From Ignavibacteria bacterium (GTDB taxonomy: Bacteria > Bacteroidota > Ignavibacteria > Tepidaquicellales > OLB5), in NCBI GenBank assembly GCA_017303675.1, contig JAFLBX010000002.1:957642-1021641 (forward strand): 64,000 bases of DNA, in the 5' to 3' direction. Each line of letters opens with the position of its first letter. Positions within the stretch are counted from its first letter, which is position 1. Below the pieces are notes generated by a model, which did no database searches, was not told the DNA's origin, and saw nothing but the letters and a program-made list of their open reading frames with translations. The translations under genes and the position numbers were made by a program. Below, one piece after another: positions 38,019 to 49,389 of this stretch.

Positions 38019-40061
38019 ATGAAAAATATTTACAGAACTGCCCTCGTAATGCTGCTGATCTCAGCAGGATTATTTATTTTCCAGGGCTCAAACAGCTGGG
38101 TAGGCTGGGATGATGATCCCAATTTAGACCGTGTGCCTTACGAATATTTTCTGAGGAACATGAATAAACCCCACCAGGAACCGGTGCCATTTGTATTAAC
38201 AACATCAGATGGTTATGATAACTTTAACGTGGCAATTGATCTTGCTGAAGGGCATATTTCGATCAATCCTACTAATCCATTGAATGCTTTTGTAGCTTTC
38301 AACGGTAGCGGTTCACTTGGTTCTGTGCCAACTACAACTACAAACGGTGGAATTAACTGGTTCAGGGTTAACCCGGTTTGGGGGTCAACAATGACTGGTG
38401 ACCCGGTAACTGCATATGACAGTGTTGGAAATGCATATTTTGAAAATATGTGGAGCAATCCTATTATCGGAACAAAGATCGCAAAATCAACAGACGGAAC
38501 AGTCACATGGTCTAATGTTGCTAACGGCAATGCAGGTAACGATAAGAACTGGATAGCAGCCGACCAGACCGGCGGTCCTTATAAAGATCATATATACAGC
38601 GCAATGACAAACGGTGCAAGCTGTAATGTAGCCCGCAGTACTGATAAAGGTGCTACGTGGAACGTTGTAACAGCGCTCGTACCCCATGGATTACCGGGAG
38701 CAATGCCATGCGTTGGTCCTAACGGAAATATTCAGGGCGGAAGTGTGTATGTAGTAACAAATGCAGGCTCATCATTTTCACCTGTGTATTCATTTTTCCG
38801 TTCAACAGATGGCGGCGCAACATTCAGCCAGCAGTCACAGGTAAGCTTTGCCAACTGCGTTGGAGATAACGTAGGCGGAAGAAATTCAGTTCAGAATATG
38901 AGAACCCGTCCTTATCCGTTCATTTCAGCGGATAACAGTTACGGTCCAAACCGCGGAAGGCTGCATCTTATTTATGCATCCAACACACCTGTTGGCTGCG
39001 GCAACAAGCCTGATATATTCAGCCGCTATTCCACAGATTTTGGCGTAACATGGTCAGCCGAGAAAAAAGTTAATGATGATGCAAATTCAGAGAACAACAA
39101 TCAGTGGCATCCTGCAATGTGGTGCGATAAACAGACCGGTAGGTTATGGGTTCAGTGGCTTGATACAAGAAATACTCCCACAAGCGATAGCTGCGAAGTT
39201 TATGCAACATATTCAGATGACGGCGGCGCAACATTTGTTCCCAACGTAAAAATTTCAAACGCTAAATTTAAGATCAACTGCACAAGCTGCGGCGGCGCAG
39301 GCACTCCGTTATATTTAGGTGACTATAATGGAATTAATTCCGTTGGAAATATGTCTATGCTTTGCTGGGCAGATTTCAGAAGCAACAACTTCCAGAGTAC
39401 TGTTGCTTACTTCCCTGATTATGCTGTAAAAACCAGATCAACTGTAGATAGCTTAGCAGTTGCCGGTCAGACAAAAGACTACTATGTAACTATTCCTTCA
39501 GTAAAATTGTACACAGGCAATGTTAAATTCTCAGCTTCTTTAACAACACCACCTGCAGCCGGCGGAATAACTATTCAGTTTTTGAATAAAACAACAAACT
39601 TGCCTCAGGATTCACTGACAACTTATCCGGATTCAATTAAGATGAGGGTTTCAACAACTCCGGGTACATCAACCGGAAACTACACGTTGAATATTAAAAC
39701 AACAGGAACCGGCGGTATGCCACCTGTACATTTAAGGTCTTTTAATATCAGGGTACACAATCCAATTGGTATTACACCAATTGGCACAAATGTACCGACA
39801 AAGTTTGACCTATTGCAGAATTATCCGAACCCGTTTAACCCTGTAACCAATATCAAATTTGATATCGCCAAGACAGGATTAGTTAAGCTTTCTGTTTATG
39901 ACGTAACAGGCAGGCAGGTTGCAGACCTTGTAAACGGCGAACTTCATGCCGGAAGTTATAACTACGATTTCAATGCTTCAAATTTAGCGAGCGGTATTTA
40001 TTTCTACAAACTGGAAGCAGGCAATTTCACTTCTATAAAGAAAATGATCCTTGTTAAATAA
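38019..40061 (+). CDS. BNR/sialidase-fold protein with T9SS C-terminal domain (paralog of 35676-37706)
   Basis: Collinear with the previous gene. Shared blocks include NDKNWIAADQT.GPY, HGLPG.MPCVGPNG.IQGGSVYVVTN, GGRNSVQNMRTRPYPFI, DTRNTPTSDS and C..CGG.GTP.Y.GDYNGI. Confidence 0.65.
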   Translation: MKNIYRTALVMLLISAGLFIFQGSNSWVGWDDDPNLDRVPYEYFLRNMNKPHQEPVPFVLTTSDGYDNFNVAIDLAEGHISINPTNPLNAFVAFNGSGSLGSVPTTTTNGGINWFRVNPVWGSTMTGDPVTAYDSVGNAYFENMWSNPIIGTKIAKSTDGTVTWSNVANGNAGNDKNWIAADQTGGPYKDHIYSAMTNGASCNVARSTDKGATWNVVTALVPHGLPGAMPCVGPNGNIQGGSVYVVTNAGSSFSPVYSFFRSTDGGATFSQQSQVSFANCVGDNVGGRNSVQNMRTRPYPFISADNSYGPNRGRLHLIYASNTPVGCGNKPDIFSRYSTDFGVTWSAEKKVNDDANSENNNQWHPAMWCDKQTGRLWVQWLDTRNTPTSDSCEVYATYSDDGGATFVPNVKISNAKFKINCTSCGGAGTPLYLGDYNGINSVGNMSMLCWADFRSNNFQSTVAYFPDYAVKTRSTVDSLAVAGQTKDYYVTIPSVKLYTGNVKFSASLTTPPAAGGITIQFLNKTTNLPQDSLTTYPDSIKMRVSTTPGTSTGNYTLNIKTTGTGGMPPVHLRSFNIRVHNPIGITPIGTNVPTKFDLLQNYPNPFNPVTNIKFDIAKTGLVKLSVYDVTGRQVADLVNGELHAGSYNYDFNASNLASGIYFYKLEAGNFTSIKKMILVK

Positions 40062-40083
40062 TTTAATAGAATAAAATTATTCA

Positions 40084-40111
40084 AAAAGCCCGGTATTAGC
40101 CGGGCTTTTTT
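40084..40111 (+). terminator. rho-independent terminator
   Basis: aaaaagcccggtattagccgggcttttttt. Confidence 0.8.
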
Positions 40112-40311
40112 ATTTTGAACACAACTAAATACATATAAATCAGCAAATTTATCATTCTTCTTTTTAAAATGAATTGTTATACCGTGAATTGTTCAATATA
40201 TTTGAGCATAAAATAGAAAAGCAAAAGTTTAAAATAGTAAATTCAGGATTCCCGGAGGACAAAATTTTTAATTTTGGGGAACCTTTCAGTTTAATTTAAA
40301 ATAAAATTAAC

Positions 40312-42717
40312 ATGAATAAAAAACTACTCCCGCTGTTCTTATTATTTTTTTTAAGCACAGCTTCAGCAATTGCTGGAACAAAAATTAACGGGTACCTGCA
40401 GGATGCTTTGAATAAAAGCACCGATAACGATATGATCCACGTATACGTTACCTTTAATTCCCCTCTTGGCTTAAATGATTTTGCCGACATACCGTACGAT
40501 TTGCCAAAACAGGATAGAAGAAAAATTGTAATTGAACGTTTAATGGCACATTCTGAAAGGACACAAAGCAGGGTCTTATCATTCTTAAATGCCAGGGCTA
40601 CTGATATAAATGATATGGAAGTGTTATGGATCGTTAACGCAGTAAGGTTCACCACCAAACCTTCTGTAATTTATAACCTGGATGCTGGAAATTATTCAGA
40701 AATAACCGGTATAAATTTAGACCCGCAATACCCGGCAGAAATGATGATAGATGAAATTGTTGCTCCGGCTCCGTTCAATATGCTTGCTCCGGAACCCGGG
40801 ATTATGCTTATGAATGCAGATGATTGCTGGGCATTAGGCAATCGCGGCTGGGGTGTAAAAGTATCAAATGCTGATGATGGCTTTTGGTGGAAACACCCTG
40901 ACCTTGTAAAAGGTATTTGGCAAAACCTTGGCGAAGATGCAAATAATAACGGTGTGACTATCATTTGGGCTTCAGGTACAGGTTCAGTGATCGATCCGGG
41001 TGATGTGAACGGTGTTGATAATGACGGTAATGGTAAAATTGATGATTTTATCGGGTGGGATTATGGTACAAACAGCGGTACCATCTCAACAGCTTCACAC
41101 GGCTCAGCAACATTAGGACATGTTGTTGGCGATGGAACTATGGGCACGCAAACTGGTGTCGCCCCCTGGGCAAAATGTATGATCATGAGAAATCCTAGCG
41201 GTTATACCCAGCAGATCTCTGCATTCCAATATTCACTGCAGATGGGTATGGATGTTGTTACCAGCTCACTAAGCTTTAAATGGTATTTCAGCCCCAAACC
41301 TGATTTCAGCCTTGTAAGGCTTGCTACCGATATGTCTCTAGCAGGCGGAATGATACATGCAAATTCCACAAGCAATGACGGTAACACAACAGGTATCCCG
41401 CATAACATTTCTTCTGCAGGCAATAACCCTGCGCCATGGCGCCATCCTGATCAGTTAAAAATAGGAAATTTAAGTGGTGTGATCGGGGTTGGTAATGTTC
41501 ATGTAAGCACTGATGTAATTTATTCCACTTCACCGTGGGGTCCGGCTACATGGGGAAACTGGAATCTTTGGGATGCCGCATATCCGTATACAGTTCTTGA
41601 AAGCCATAAGGACTACCCCTACAGCAGAACTGCACCGGTAGAAATGCCTGATTCAATGGGACTTTTAAAGCCTGATGTATCTGCGCCGGGCCAGAATTCA
41701 ATTTCCACATATGTAAGCTCTGGTACAGGATACGGCTCAACTTTTGGCGGGACTTCATCAGCTACACCGCATACAGCAGGCTGTATTGCACTTATGCTTT
41801 CTATTAACCCTGAAATGCTGCCGGGTGATATTGACAGGGTACTCGAGCTGACTTCCATAGAAAAAGGTGACCCGGGCAAAGATTACAGGTATGGAGCCGG
41901 CAGAATTGATGCACTTCTCGCAACTACTTCACCTGCATGTTTAACTGAGGGTGTTAACGGAGGCAGCAACTGGCTTATTAACCAAACTACCCCGCCTAAT
42001 GATACAGCTAGAGAGCTTGTTGGATTAAAATTAAGGAATACTTCATCACCATGGATCGGTTCTTTGAAACAGCTCGTATTTTCCAGAAGCGGAACTGCAG
42101 CAGCTAATGATATTGAAAAGTTCAGGCTCTTCTGGGATGTTAACAAAAATAATGTTGTTGATGCAGGCGACCGCCTGCTGCACGAAGTAAACTTTGATGT
42201 TTCAAACCAGGTTGTGATGGACACTATCAAGTTCAAGGTAACAGATTCAGTAAGACATGTTCTGTTTTGCGCAAAAACAAAAGCCGGAGCGAATTCTTCT
42301 AATACAGTTGTTCTTGGAATGCCAAACAATACTTACTTCAAAAGCTATTACACAACAATCGCGCAGGCAACAAATTTCCCGTATGGCTCTACAGTAACGG
42401 GAACACCGAATATTGAAACACCGGTTATATTTTCATTGAAGCAGAATTTCCCGAATCCGTTTAACCCTTCAACTATGATCAGCTATTCACTTGCCAAACA
42501 GTCACTGGTTAAGGTACGTGTGTTTGACGCATTGGGTAGGGAAATTGCAACACTCCTTAACAACGTTCGTGATGCCGGCAACCATAATATTGAATTTGAC
42601 AGCAACTTCTTTAAAGGCTTAAGCAGCGGAATATACTTCTACAAGCTTGAAGCTTTTGAGCCAAACGGTAATGCGATATATTTTACTGATATAAAGAAAA
42701 TGATGCTGGTTAAATAA
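40312..42717 (+). CDS. S8-family (subtilisin-like) serine peptidase with T9SS C-terminal domain
   Basis: Catalytic His (SHGSATLGHVVGDG) and Ser (GGTSSATPHTAGCIALM) contexts, an N-terminal I9-like propeptide, and a C-terminal KQNFPNPFNPSTMISY. Confidence 0.85.
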   Translation: MNKKLLPLFLLFFLSTASAIAGTKINGYLQDALNKSTDNDMIHVYVTFNSPLGLNDFADIPYDLPKQDRRKIVIERLMAHSERTQSRVLSFLNARATDINDMEVLWIVNAVRFTTKPSVIYNLDAGNYSEITGINLDPQYPAEMMIDEIVAPAPFNMLAPEPGIMLMNADDCWALGNRGWGVKVSNADDGFWWKHPDLVKGIWQNLGEDANNNGVTIIWASGTGSVIDPGDVNGVDNDGNGKIDDFIGWDYGTNSGTISTASHGSATLGHVVGDGTMGTQTGVAPWAKCMIMRNPSGYTQQISAFQYSLQMGMDVVTSSLSFKWYFSPKPDFSLVRLATDMSLAGGMIHANSTSNDGNTTGIPHNISSAGNNPAPWRHPDQLKIGNLSGVIGVGNVHVSTDVIYSTSPWGPATWGNWNLWDAAYPYTVLESHKDYPYSRTAPVEMPDSMGLLKPDVSAPGQNSISTYVSSGTGYGSTFGGTSSATPHTAGCIALMLSINPEMLPGDIDRVLELTSIEKGDPGKDYRYGAGRIDALLATTSPACLTEGVNGGSNWLINQTTPPNDTARELVGLKLRNTSSPWIGSLKQLVFSRSGTAAANDIEKFRLFWDVNKNNVVDAGDRLLHEVNFDVSNQVVMDTIKFKVTDSVRHVLFCAKTKAGANSSNTVVLGMPNNTYFKSYYTTIAQATNFPYGSTVTGTPNIETPVIFSLKQNFPNPFNPSTMISYSLAKQSLVKVRVFDALGREIATLLNNVRDAGNHNIEFDSNFFKGLSSGIYFYKLEAFEPNGNAIYFTDIKKMMLVK

Positions 42718-42738
42718 GCGTAAGAATTTGATTCAAAT

Positions 42739-42769
42739 AAAAAACCCCGCTTCATAAGCGGGGTTTTTT
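42739..42769. terminator. bidirectional rho-independent terminator between convergent genes
   Basis: aaaaaaccccgcttcataagcggggtttttt has an A-run and a T-run on either side of the stem. Confidence 0.8.
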
Positions 42770-42812
42770 ATTTGTGAATATATTTTAAAAGGTGATACCA
42801 AAACTTCTGCAG

Positions 42813-44504
42813 CTACTTAATTAAGATCATTCTTCTGATATCACTGTAACCCTGCTTGCCGTTCAGCGGTAATGCATCAAGCCTGTAAATATATACACCG
42901 CTTGAAATCTGCGAAGCGTTGAAAACAGCTGAATAATTTCCGCTCATCTGCTGTGTATTTACAAGGCTGGCTACTTCCCTGCCCAGCATATCATAAACAG
43001 TAAGCTTAACTATGCTGTTTTCAGAAATTGAGTATGAAATACTCGTTGAAGGATTAAACGGGTTCGGATAATTCTGCTTAAGTGAATACTCCACATTCAC
43101 TGCGGTTCTGCCGCTTAAGCTTTGTGAAGGCCCAACAGTGAATATCTGCGGCTGTGACCAATCCGAAATGTTTTCAGGTGCGCCGCCGGGATTCTTTGCC
43201 CTTATTCTCCATGAGTATGTTTCTCCGTCAACCAATGAATTTCCGGTTATTGTATAGCTTGCCTGTGAAATATCAGTAAATGTAAATACATCATTTCTGC
43301 TGCCGCGTACTTTTGAAAGCTCAATATCGTATGTTGTGAAAGCTGTCATTGAATCCCATGTAAATGTTGGATTACCGGGAACGACCAGCTCATTTGCAGG
43401 AGATATCATCTTTGGCACCGGAGGTGCGTGAAATTCCGAAAGAACTCTTTTCCAGTGCAAATTATCTGGGTCGCCGAACTTTTCAATATTCCAGTCAGCG
43501 CCGGGACCTCTTCTCCAGTCCCAGAAAGCAAAATGCCAGCCGTAATCTTTCATAATATCAAGCTGGTCACCAAGGTATTCAATGCCGCCTGTCTGAGGCT
43601 TATACATACCCATTTCACCAATGAAAACCGGTTTACCGGTTGAAAGCTGGAATTCACGCAGCTTACCAAATACAGTATTTCTGAGAAATGCCGCATCGTA
43701 CAGTACCTGTGAGAGTGTTGTTATATTCCAGTAAACTCCGGGGTAGGTCATAGCAAACGGAACAGCCTCTTTGCTGAACTGAACCGGCTGATAATTATGT
43801 GCTGAGTATATTATGTATGGATCGTTAATTTCATACGCCGGGAATAACTCAGGGGTAGAGTAAGCGAAGCTTTCAAGAATTACCGGGAGCTCTGGATCAA
43901 CTTCCCTGATGCTTTGTACCCATGAGGTGTAAACCTGGTCCATATGGATATTATAAACATTTTCCAGGAAAAACTTATATGATGCTGATGTATTCGCCGG
44001 TATCACTCTTACTTTAGGCCTTGGTTCAATTACAAGGTTGATCCCAACAAATAAAGTATCGCCTGCATATCTTTGTACCACCATGTTAAGCATTTCAGCA
44101 TATTTGCTTTGCTCTGTGGTATTGCCGCTGTTCCACACCCTTGATTCACCGGTTGTACCCTGTGACTCATCAAAGGTATCATAAGCACCCGGACCTGAAC
44201 GCATTCCGATAACATAATGAATTCCGGCCTGGCGGCAGAAGTTAACAAGCATATCGCAGCCATCTATATTTGCCTGCACAAGGCCGTACGGCGCATCCGT
44301 TGCCATAAAGCCATCAGGCTGTATATGGAAGAGGTTACCGCCATAGTTTTTAAAATCAATAAAATCCTGAACTGATTTGGGTGATTCATAAAGCACGTTA
44401 TATCCCCTGAAATAAGAGCCGTTTTGCCACTTATCATATTTGGGATTAGAAAATGCTGTACCTATAAATAGAGCTGTTAATAGAATAATAAGAGTTGTTT
44501 TCAT
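42813..44504 (-). CDS. glycoside hydrolase (GH5-like TIM barrel) + Fn3-like domain + T9SS C-terminal domain
   Basis: (beta/alpha)8-like N-domain with candidate catalytic Glu contexts NLVIEPRP and FIGEMGM, followed by an Fn3-like segment and KQNYPNPFNPSTSISY. Confidence 0.55.
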   Translation of the reverse strand: MKTTLIILLTALFIGTAFSNPKYDKWQNGSYFRGYNVLYESPKSVQDFIDFKNYGGNLFHIQPDGFMATDAPYGLVQANIDGCDMLVNFCRQAGIHYVIGMRSGPGAYDTFDESQGTTGESRVWNSGNTTEQSKYAEMLNMVVQRYAGDTLFVGINLVIEPRPKVRVIPANTSASYKFFLENVYNIHMDQVYTSWVQSIREVDPELPVILESFAYSTPELFPAYEINDPYIIYSAHNYQPVQFSKEAVPFAMTYPGVYWNITTLSQVLYDAAFLRNTVFGKLREFQLSTGKPVFIGEMGMYKPQTGGIEYLGDQLDIMKDYGWHFAFWDWRRGPGADWNIEKFGDPDNLHWKRVLSEFHAPPVPKMISPANELVVPGNPTFTWDSMTAFTTYDIELSKVRGSRNDVFTFTDISQASYTITGNSLVDGETYSWRIRAKNPGGAPENISDWSQPQIFTVGPSQSLSGRTAVNVEYSLKQNYPNPFNPSTSISYSISENSIVKLTVYDMLGREVASLVNTQQMSGNYSAVFNASQISSGVYIYRLDALPLNGKQGYSDIRRMILIK

Positions 44505-44639
44505 GATTATTTTTTCCTTTTAAAATTAAACATTCACGTAACAAATTTAACTTGTACAAGGTATACTTTTAATAACGTGAAGACGTGAAATTTTAGGCTG
44601 GAAATATTTTAAGAGTTTAAAATGTATTTTAATGTAAAA

Positions 44640-44662
44640 ATCCCGCTAAAAAATAACGGGAT
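44640..44662 (-). terminator. terminator of the csp gene
   Basis: The minus strand reads atcccgttattttttagcgggat followed by tttt. Confidence 0.6.
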
Positions 44663-44691
44663 TTCATTTATTCTCGTGTACTAAGACAAAT

Positions 44692-44892
44692 TTATGCTTT
44701 AGTGACGTTTCTTGCCTGTAAACCTTTATCGGTTTCTTCTACCTCATATTCAACTTCCTGTCCATCCTCGAGTGATCTGTAACCATCTCCGACTATTGAC
44801 TTGAAATGCACGAATACGTCCTTTCCATCATTACCAGTTATAAATCCAAATCCCTTATCAGCATTAAACCATTTTACTTTACCTTTCTGCAT
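44692..44892 (-). CDS. cold-shock protein (CspA family)
   Basis: [16 protein letters not shown] (RNP1) and DVFVHF (RNP2). Confidence 0.9.
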   Translation of the reverse strand: MQKGKVKWFNADKGFGFITGNDGKDVFVHFKSIVGDGYRSLEDGQEVEYEVEETDKGLQARNVTKA

Positions 44893-45042
44893 TCGGCTTC
44901 TCCTCCTTTCTAAGTACTTAATTCAGCGTTAAAAACTACGAAAATCAACGCCCTTTAATACATCCGGACAAAATGCCCGGATTTAAACTATGCAAATATA
45001 CTAATTTATTATTAATAATAATACTTTAGTATAAAAAAAATG

Positions 45043-45114
45043 TGAGCCGGGGAGGTCTCGAACCTCCGACCCTCTCCTTAAAAGGGAGATGCTCTACCAC
45101 TGAGCTACCGGCCC
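45043..45114 (-). tRNA. tRNA-Lys (anticodon UUU)
   Basis: The reverse complement GGGCCGGTAGCTCAGTGGTAGAGCATCTCCCTTTTAAGGAGAGGGTCGGAGGTTCGAGACCTCCCCGGCTCA folds into a 72-nt cloverleaf with anticodon loop CTTTTAA. Confidence 0.9.
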
Positions 45115-45223
45115 TGCCTTAAAACTTAAATTGTTTAAAACTTATATTAAAGATCAAATTTTGATAAACCGCAATATAATCAAAAAATTACTGCAAAAAC
45201 ACGATAAAACAAAAAACTAATTT

Positions 45224-45631
45224 TTATGCACTTACTGCCTTAATTTTCGCTTTTGCGGTTTGCAAAGCGTGCTTTGCGGCTTCTTTATCAAGGCCCGGTT
45301 CTTTGGATTCCAGGATACGCTCTGCTTCTGCGCGTTCTTTTTCAGCGGCAGCTACATCGATATCTTCAACCGGCACGAGAGATTCCGCCAGCATCGTGAT
45401 ATGATTGGCATGCACTTCTACAGTGCCGCCTGAGGTCACGAAGTTTTTGGTCTCGCCGCCAGCCAAAACAAATTTTACCGGTCCCGGAATAATTGTTGAG
45501 ATAAAAGGGGCATGGTTATGAAGTATCTGGAACATTCCTTCAATTCCCGGAGCTGTGAAGCTTTTTACATCCCCTGCAAATACAACTTTGCCGGGTGTTA
45601 CAATTTCCAAGTGTATCAAACTATCTGACAT
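45224..45631 (-). CDS. atpC: F0F1 ATP synthase subunit epsilon
   Basis: 135 aa directly after atpD. L.IVTP......G.V....PG.EG.F.IL..H.P pattern. Confidence 0.85.
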   Translation of the reverse strand: MSDSLIHLEIVTPGKVVFAGDVKSFTAPGIEGMFQILHNHAPFISTIIPGPVKFVLAGGETKNFVTSGGTVEVHANHITMLAESLVPVEDIDVAAAEKERAEAERILESKEPGLDKEAAKHALQTAKAKIKAVSA

Positions 45632-45634
45632 CTG

Positions 45635-47050
<1,416 letters not shown>

Positions 47051-47356
47051 TTATGCTAAAAATGATATGTTTTATTGATTTATAATTAGTTAAGATTACA
47101 AATATATGCAAAATTTCAGAAACTTGAAAGTGCGAAATTAGAGTAAATAGGTTAAATTTGATGAAATAATGCTTGTAAGGCTGTCTCATTTGTCTCACAT
47201 TTCGGGTTAATAATTTATTTTTATGTATTTTCATTGATACTGGTTAGTTTTTGCGAAGTTTCTCACCGGTGCTGATTTTTTAGTATAAATGAGACATGTG
47301 AGATTTCTTGATTTTAGTCTGTAATACGGGAATTGTTGATGTTGTCTCAAAATGTT

Positions 47357-47745
47357 GTCATTCTGAACGAAGCGTAACGCAGTGAAGCGGAGTGAAGTCA
47401 CGCAGTGCTCTTCTACATCCAGACGATATTTTACAATGCATCTGTTTTCATTGAAATGCCCTTCGACTTCGCTCAGGGCGACAAAATTGCTTCGCTCGCA
47501 AAATTTATATTTTTCTTGTGACCCCCACTCCACGAGTCAAAGACTCGGTAGAGTCATAGACCTGCTCCCACATGGCAGAGCCAGTCCTTCGGCCTGTCAG
47601 GGGGAGAGTGACTATATTTGTCTTTCGGTTTCACTCGCAAAGCAGCAGTAGCAGGCGCGGCTTGCCCGCCTGGATTTATATTCATCAAAAGCAGACGTCC
47701 CATCATGCCGTTGGCTTGACCAGGCGGGACGTCTCTACAAAAAGC
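47357..47745. repeat. composite repeat block A-B-C (left flank of island)
   Basis: Module A is at 47357-47439, B at 47486-47615 and C at 47616-47745. Each matches modules at 54664-55300. Confidence 0.85.
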
Positions 47746-47755
47746 AAAAGATTAT

Positions 47756-48661
47756 TCATTCGGCTTCTGCAGCAGGCGCGGAATCGCCTTCAATGTATTT
47801 TTTCAAAAAGCGGGCAACGACATCGCGCGGTGTGCGGGGTGAAAACTTGGCGACTGCCGCATATACCGCATCCATATCATAACCGCCCCGCGGACGCTTT
47901 TTGGCAGCTTCAGCTGCGGCTTCAAGGGTTCTGCATGCCAATACAAGCTGGCGCACGCCAACCGGCGCTATATACATTCCGTTCTTGTAGTTCTCGCTTT
48001 CACGAAGCAATACCTGCTCTACATTATACTTTATAATTTCAGGCACGGATTTGCCGCCGTGTCCCGCCGAGAGTGACATCCTGTTTATACATCCTTTTAC
48101 AAGCGGCGAACTGACTTTGCATAACTTACCTTTAAGATTTATTTCAATGTGATCTACATCACCAAGCTTATCATATAAAGCTATATCCAGGAACAACTTC
48201 CTGATATCGCCGTCAAATTCAATTGGCTGCCCTGCCCCGTGCTTTGTGCTTACAGCCTCCGTGTGCTCACCCGCGGTAACTGCCGGCAAATGAGAGCTTC
48301 TATTTTTAAGCTCATCCAGCATACCTAAAACTTTTTTAAGCCTTTGGGCTGAATAGCTGAAACCGAACTCAAGCGAAAGCGCTTCCCGCATTTCATTGTA
48401 GGTTTTGCCCTTTTCCTTAAGCTCTGATACCAGCTTCAGATCACGGTTTGAAACGGGGCATTGTACCGATTTGCGGTTGAAGGTTTTATACATACCCGGG
48501 ATTTTTTTATTGATCTCACGGTACAGCGTGGCGCGCGAGATGTTATGTTTTTTAAGCGTGCCGTTAAATACGGTGCGGAAATCATCAGGGTCATTGTTTT
48601 CATAAACCAGCTTAAGGGTGTTAACGTCTTCGTGAAGCTCCTTATTGAATTTTTTTGGCAT
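47756..48661 (-). CDS. hypothetical protein with two HTH-like segments
   Basis: 301-aa ORF. ISRATLYREINKK and TYNEMREALSLEFGFSYSAQRLKKVL resemble resolvase/transposase-type HTHs. No catalytic domain recognised. GC is mosaic: the 3' third is about 55%, the middle about 30%. Confidence 0.45.
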   Translation of the reverse strand: MPKKFNKELHEDVNTLKLVYENNDPDDFRTVFNGTLKKHNISRATLYREINKKIPGMYKTFNRKSVQCPVSNRDLKLVSELKEKGKTYNEMREALSLEFGFSYSAQRLKKVLGMLDELKNRSSHLPAVTAGEHTEAVSTKHGAGQPIEFDGDIRKLFLDIALYDKLGDVDHIEINLKGKLCKVSSPLVKGCINRMSLSAGHGGKSVPEIIKYNVEQVLLRESENYKNGMYIAPVGVRQLVLACRTLEAAAEAAKKRPRGGYDMDAVYAAVAKFSPRTPRDVVARFLKKYIEGDSAPAAEAE

Positions 48662-49352
48662 ATTTTATACGGGTTAGTTTGGAATTTAATGTTTTTAAAA
48701 GGTATTTTGAGGAATAAAATATATATGCTGTTTGCATATATGGCAAATATAATATATGCGTATAATATATGTCAAGGGGGAAAATTGGGGTGACCTATGC
48801 CCGCAGAGTCCACCTTTTGAGAACATAAAGTCAGGGATTCTGCATGGACAGAAAGTTTTTTTAACCCCGAAGGGGTGGAATTTTTGTAGATTTTGGTTGT
48901 TGCTTTTTTGGTGAACCCTGAAAGGGTGAAATTATGAAAAGAAAATAATGTCACCCGTTCCGGGTTAAATTATTTTTTGGATCTAAGGTTACAATAATAG
49001 CACCGCTTCGCGGTTATGTATAAAACACTGTGGGGTGGTAAAAAAAGCCCTGGCGGCCTATGGACTGACTCCGGCATAGTAGAAATATGTATTCGTTTTG
49101 AGGCAGGCACAAACGACGGGGAAATGGCGGCAGATTGATAGTTGCTAACACAGAGACACAAAGAGCACAGAGGAATAAAGAAGGGTTAAAGTTATTTTTT
49201 GTAAAGCTAAACGCCGTTTCGCTTGCCCGAATCAGTGATTCGATCTGTAACAATTACGTACAATGCCGGAAATGCGCCATGGTTAATAGACGTTGGTGAG
49301 AACCTTAGAAAGCAACACAGGCACCAACAACGGTGAATTATGTACTTTGTTA

Positions 49353-49383
49353 TTTGTTTTTTAAATAATATTTAGTATATTTT
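49353..49383 (+). promoter_or_regulatory. candidate Bacteroidetes-type promoter (-33 TTTG, 19-nt spacer, -7 TATATTTT)
   Basis: tttg at 49353-49356, a 19-nt spacer, then tatatttt at 49376-49383. This compares with the -33 TTTG / -7 TAnnTTTG consensus. The background is AT-rich, so a chance match is plausible. Confidence 0.25.
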
Positions 49384-49389
49384 ATTAAG

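Noticed and set aside
47231-48036. ORFs 47231-47533 (-), 47382-47651 (+) and 47572-48036 (+)
   Set aside because: They run through repeat modules A/B/C or antisense to the 301-aa ORF. Their 'proteins' (for example FSCDPHSTSQRLGRVIDLL) recur wherever the repeat recurs, which marks them as repeat read-through artefacts.
48772-49253. Small minus-strand ORFs (60, 63 and 79 aa)
   Set aside because: They are composed of dispersed repeat words (aaccccgaaggggt, ctctgtgctctttgtgtctctgtg and others). They overlap each other and have no start context.
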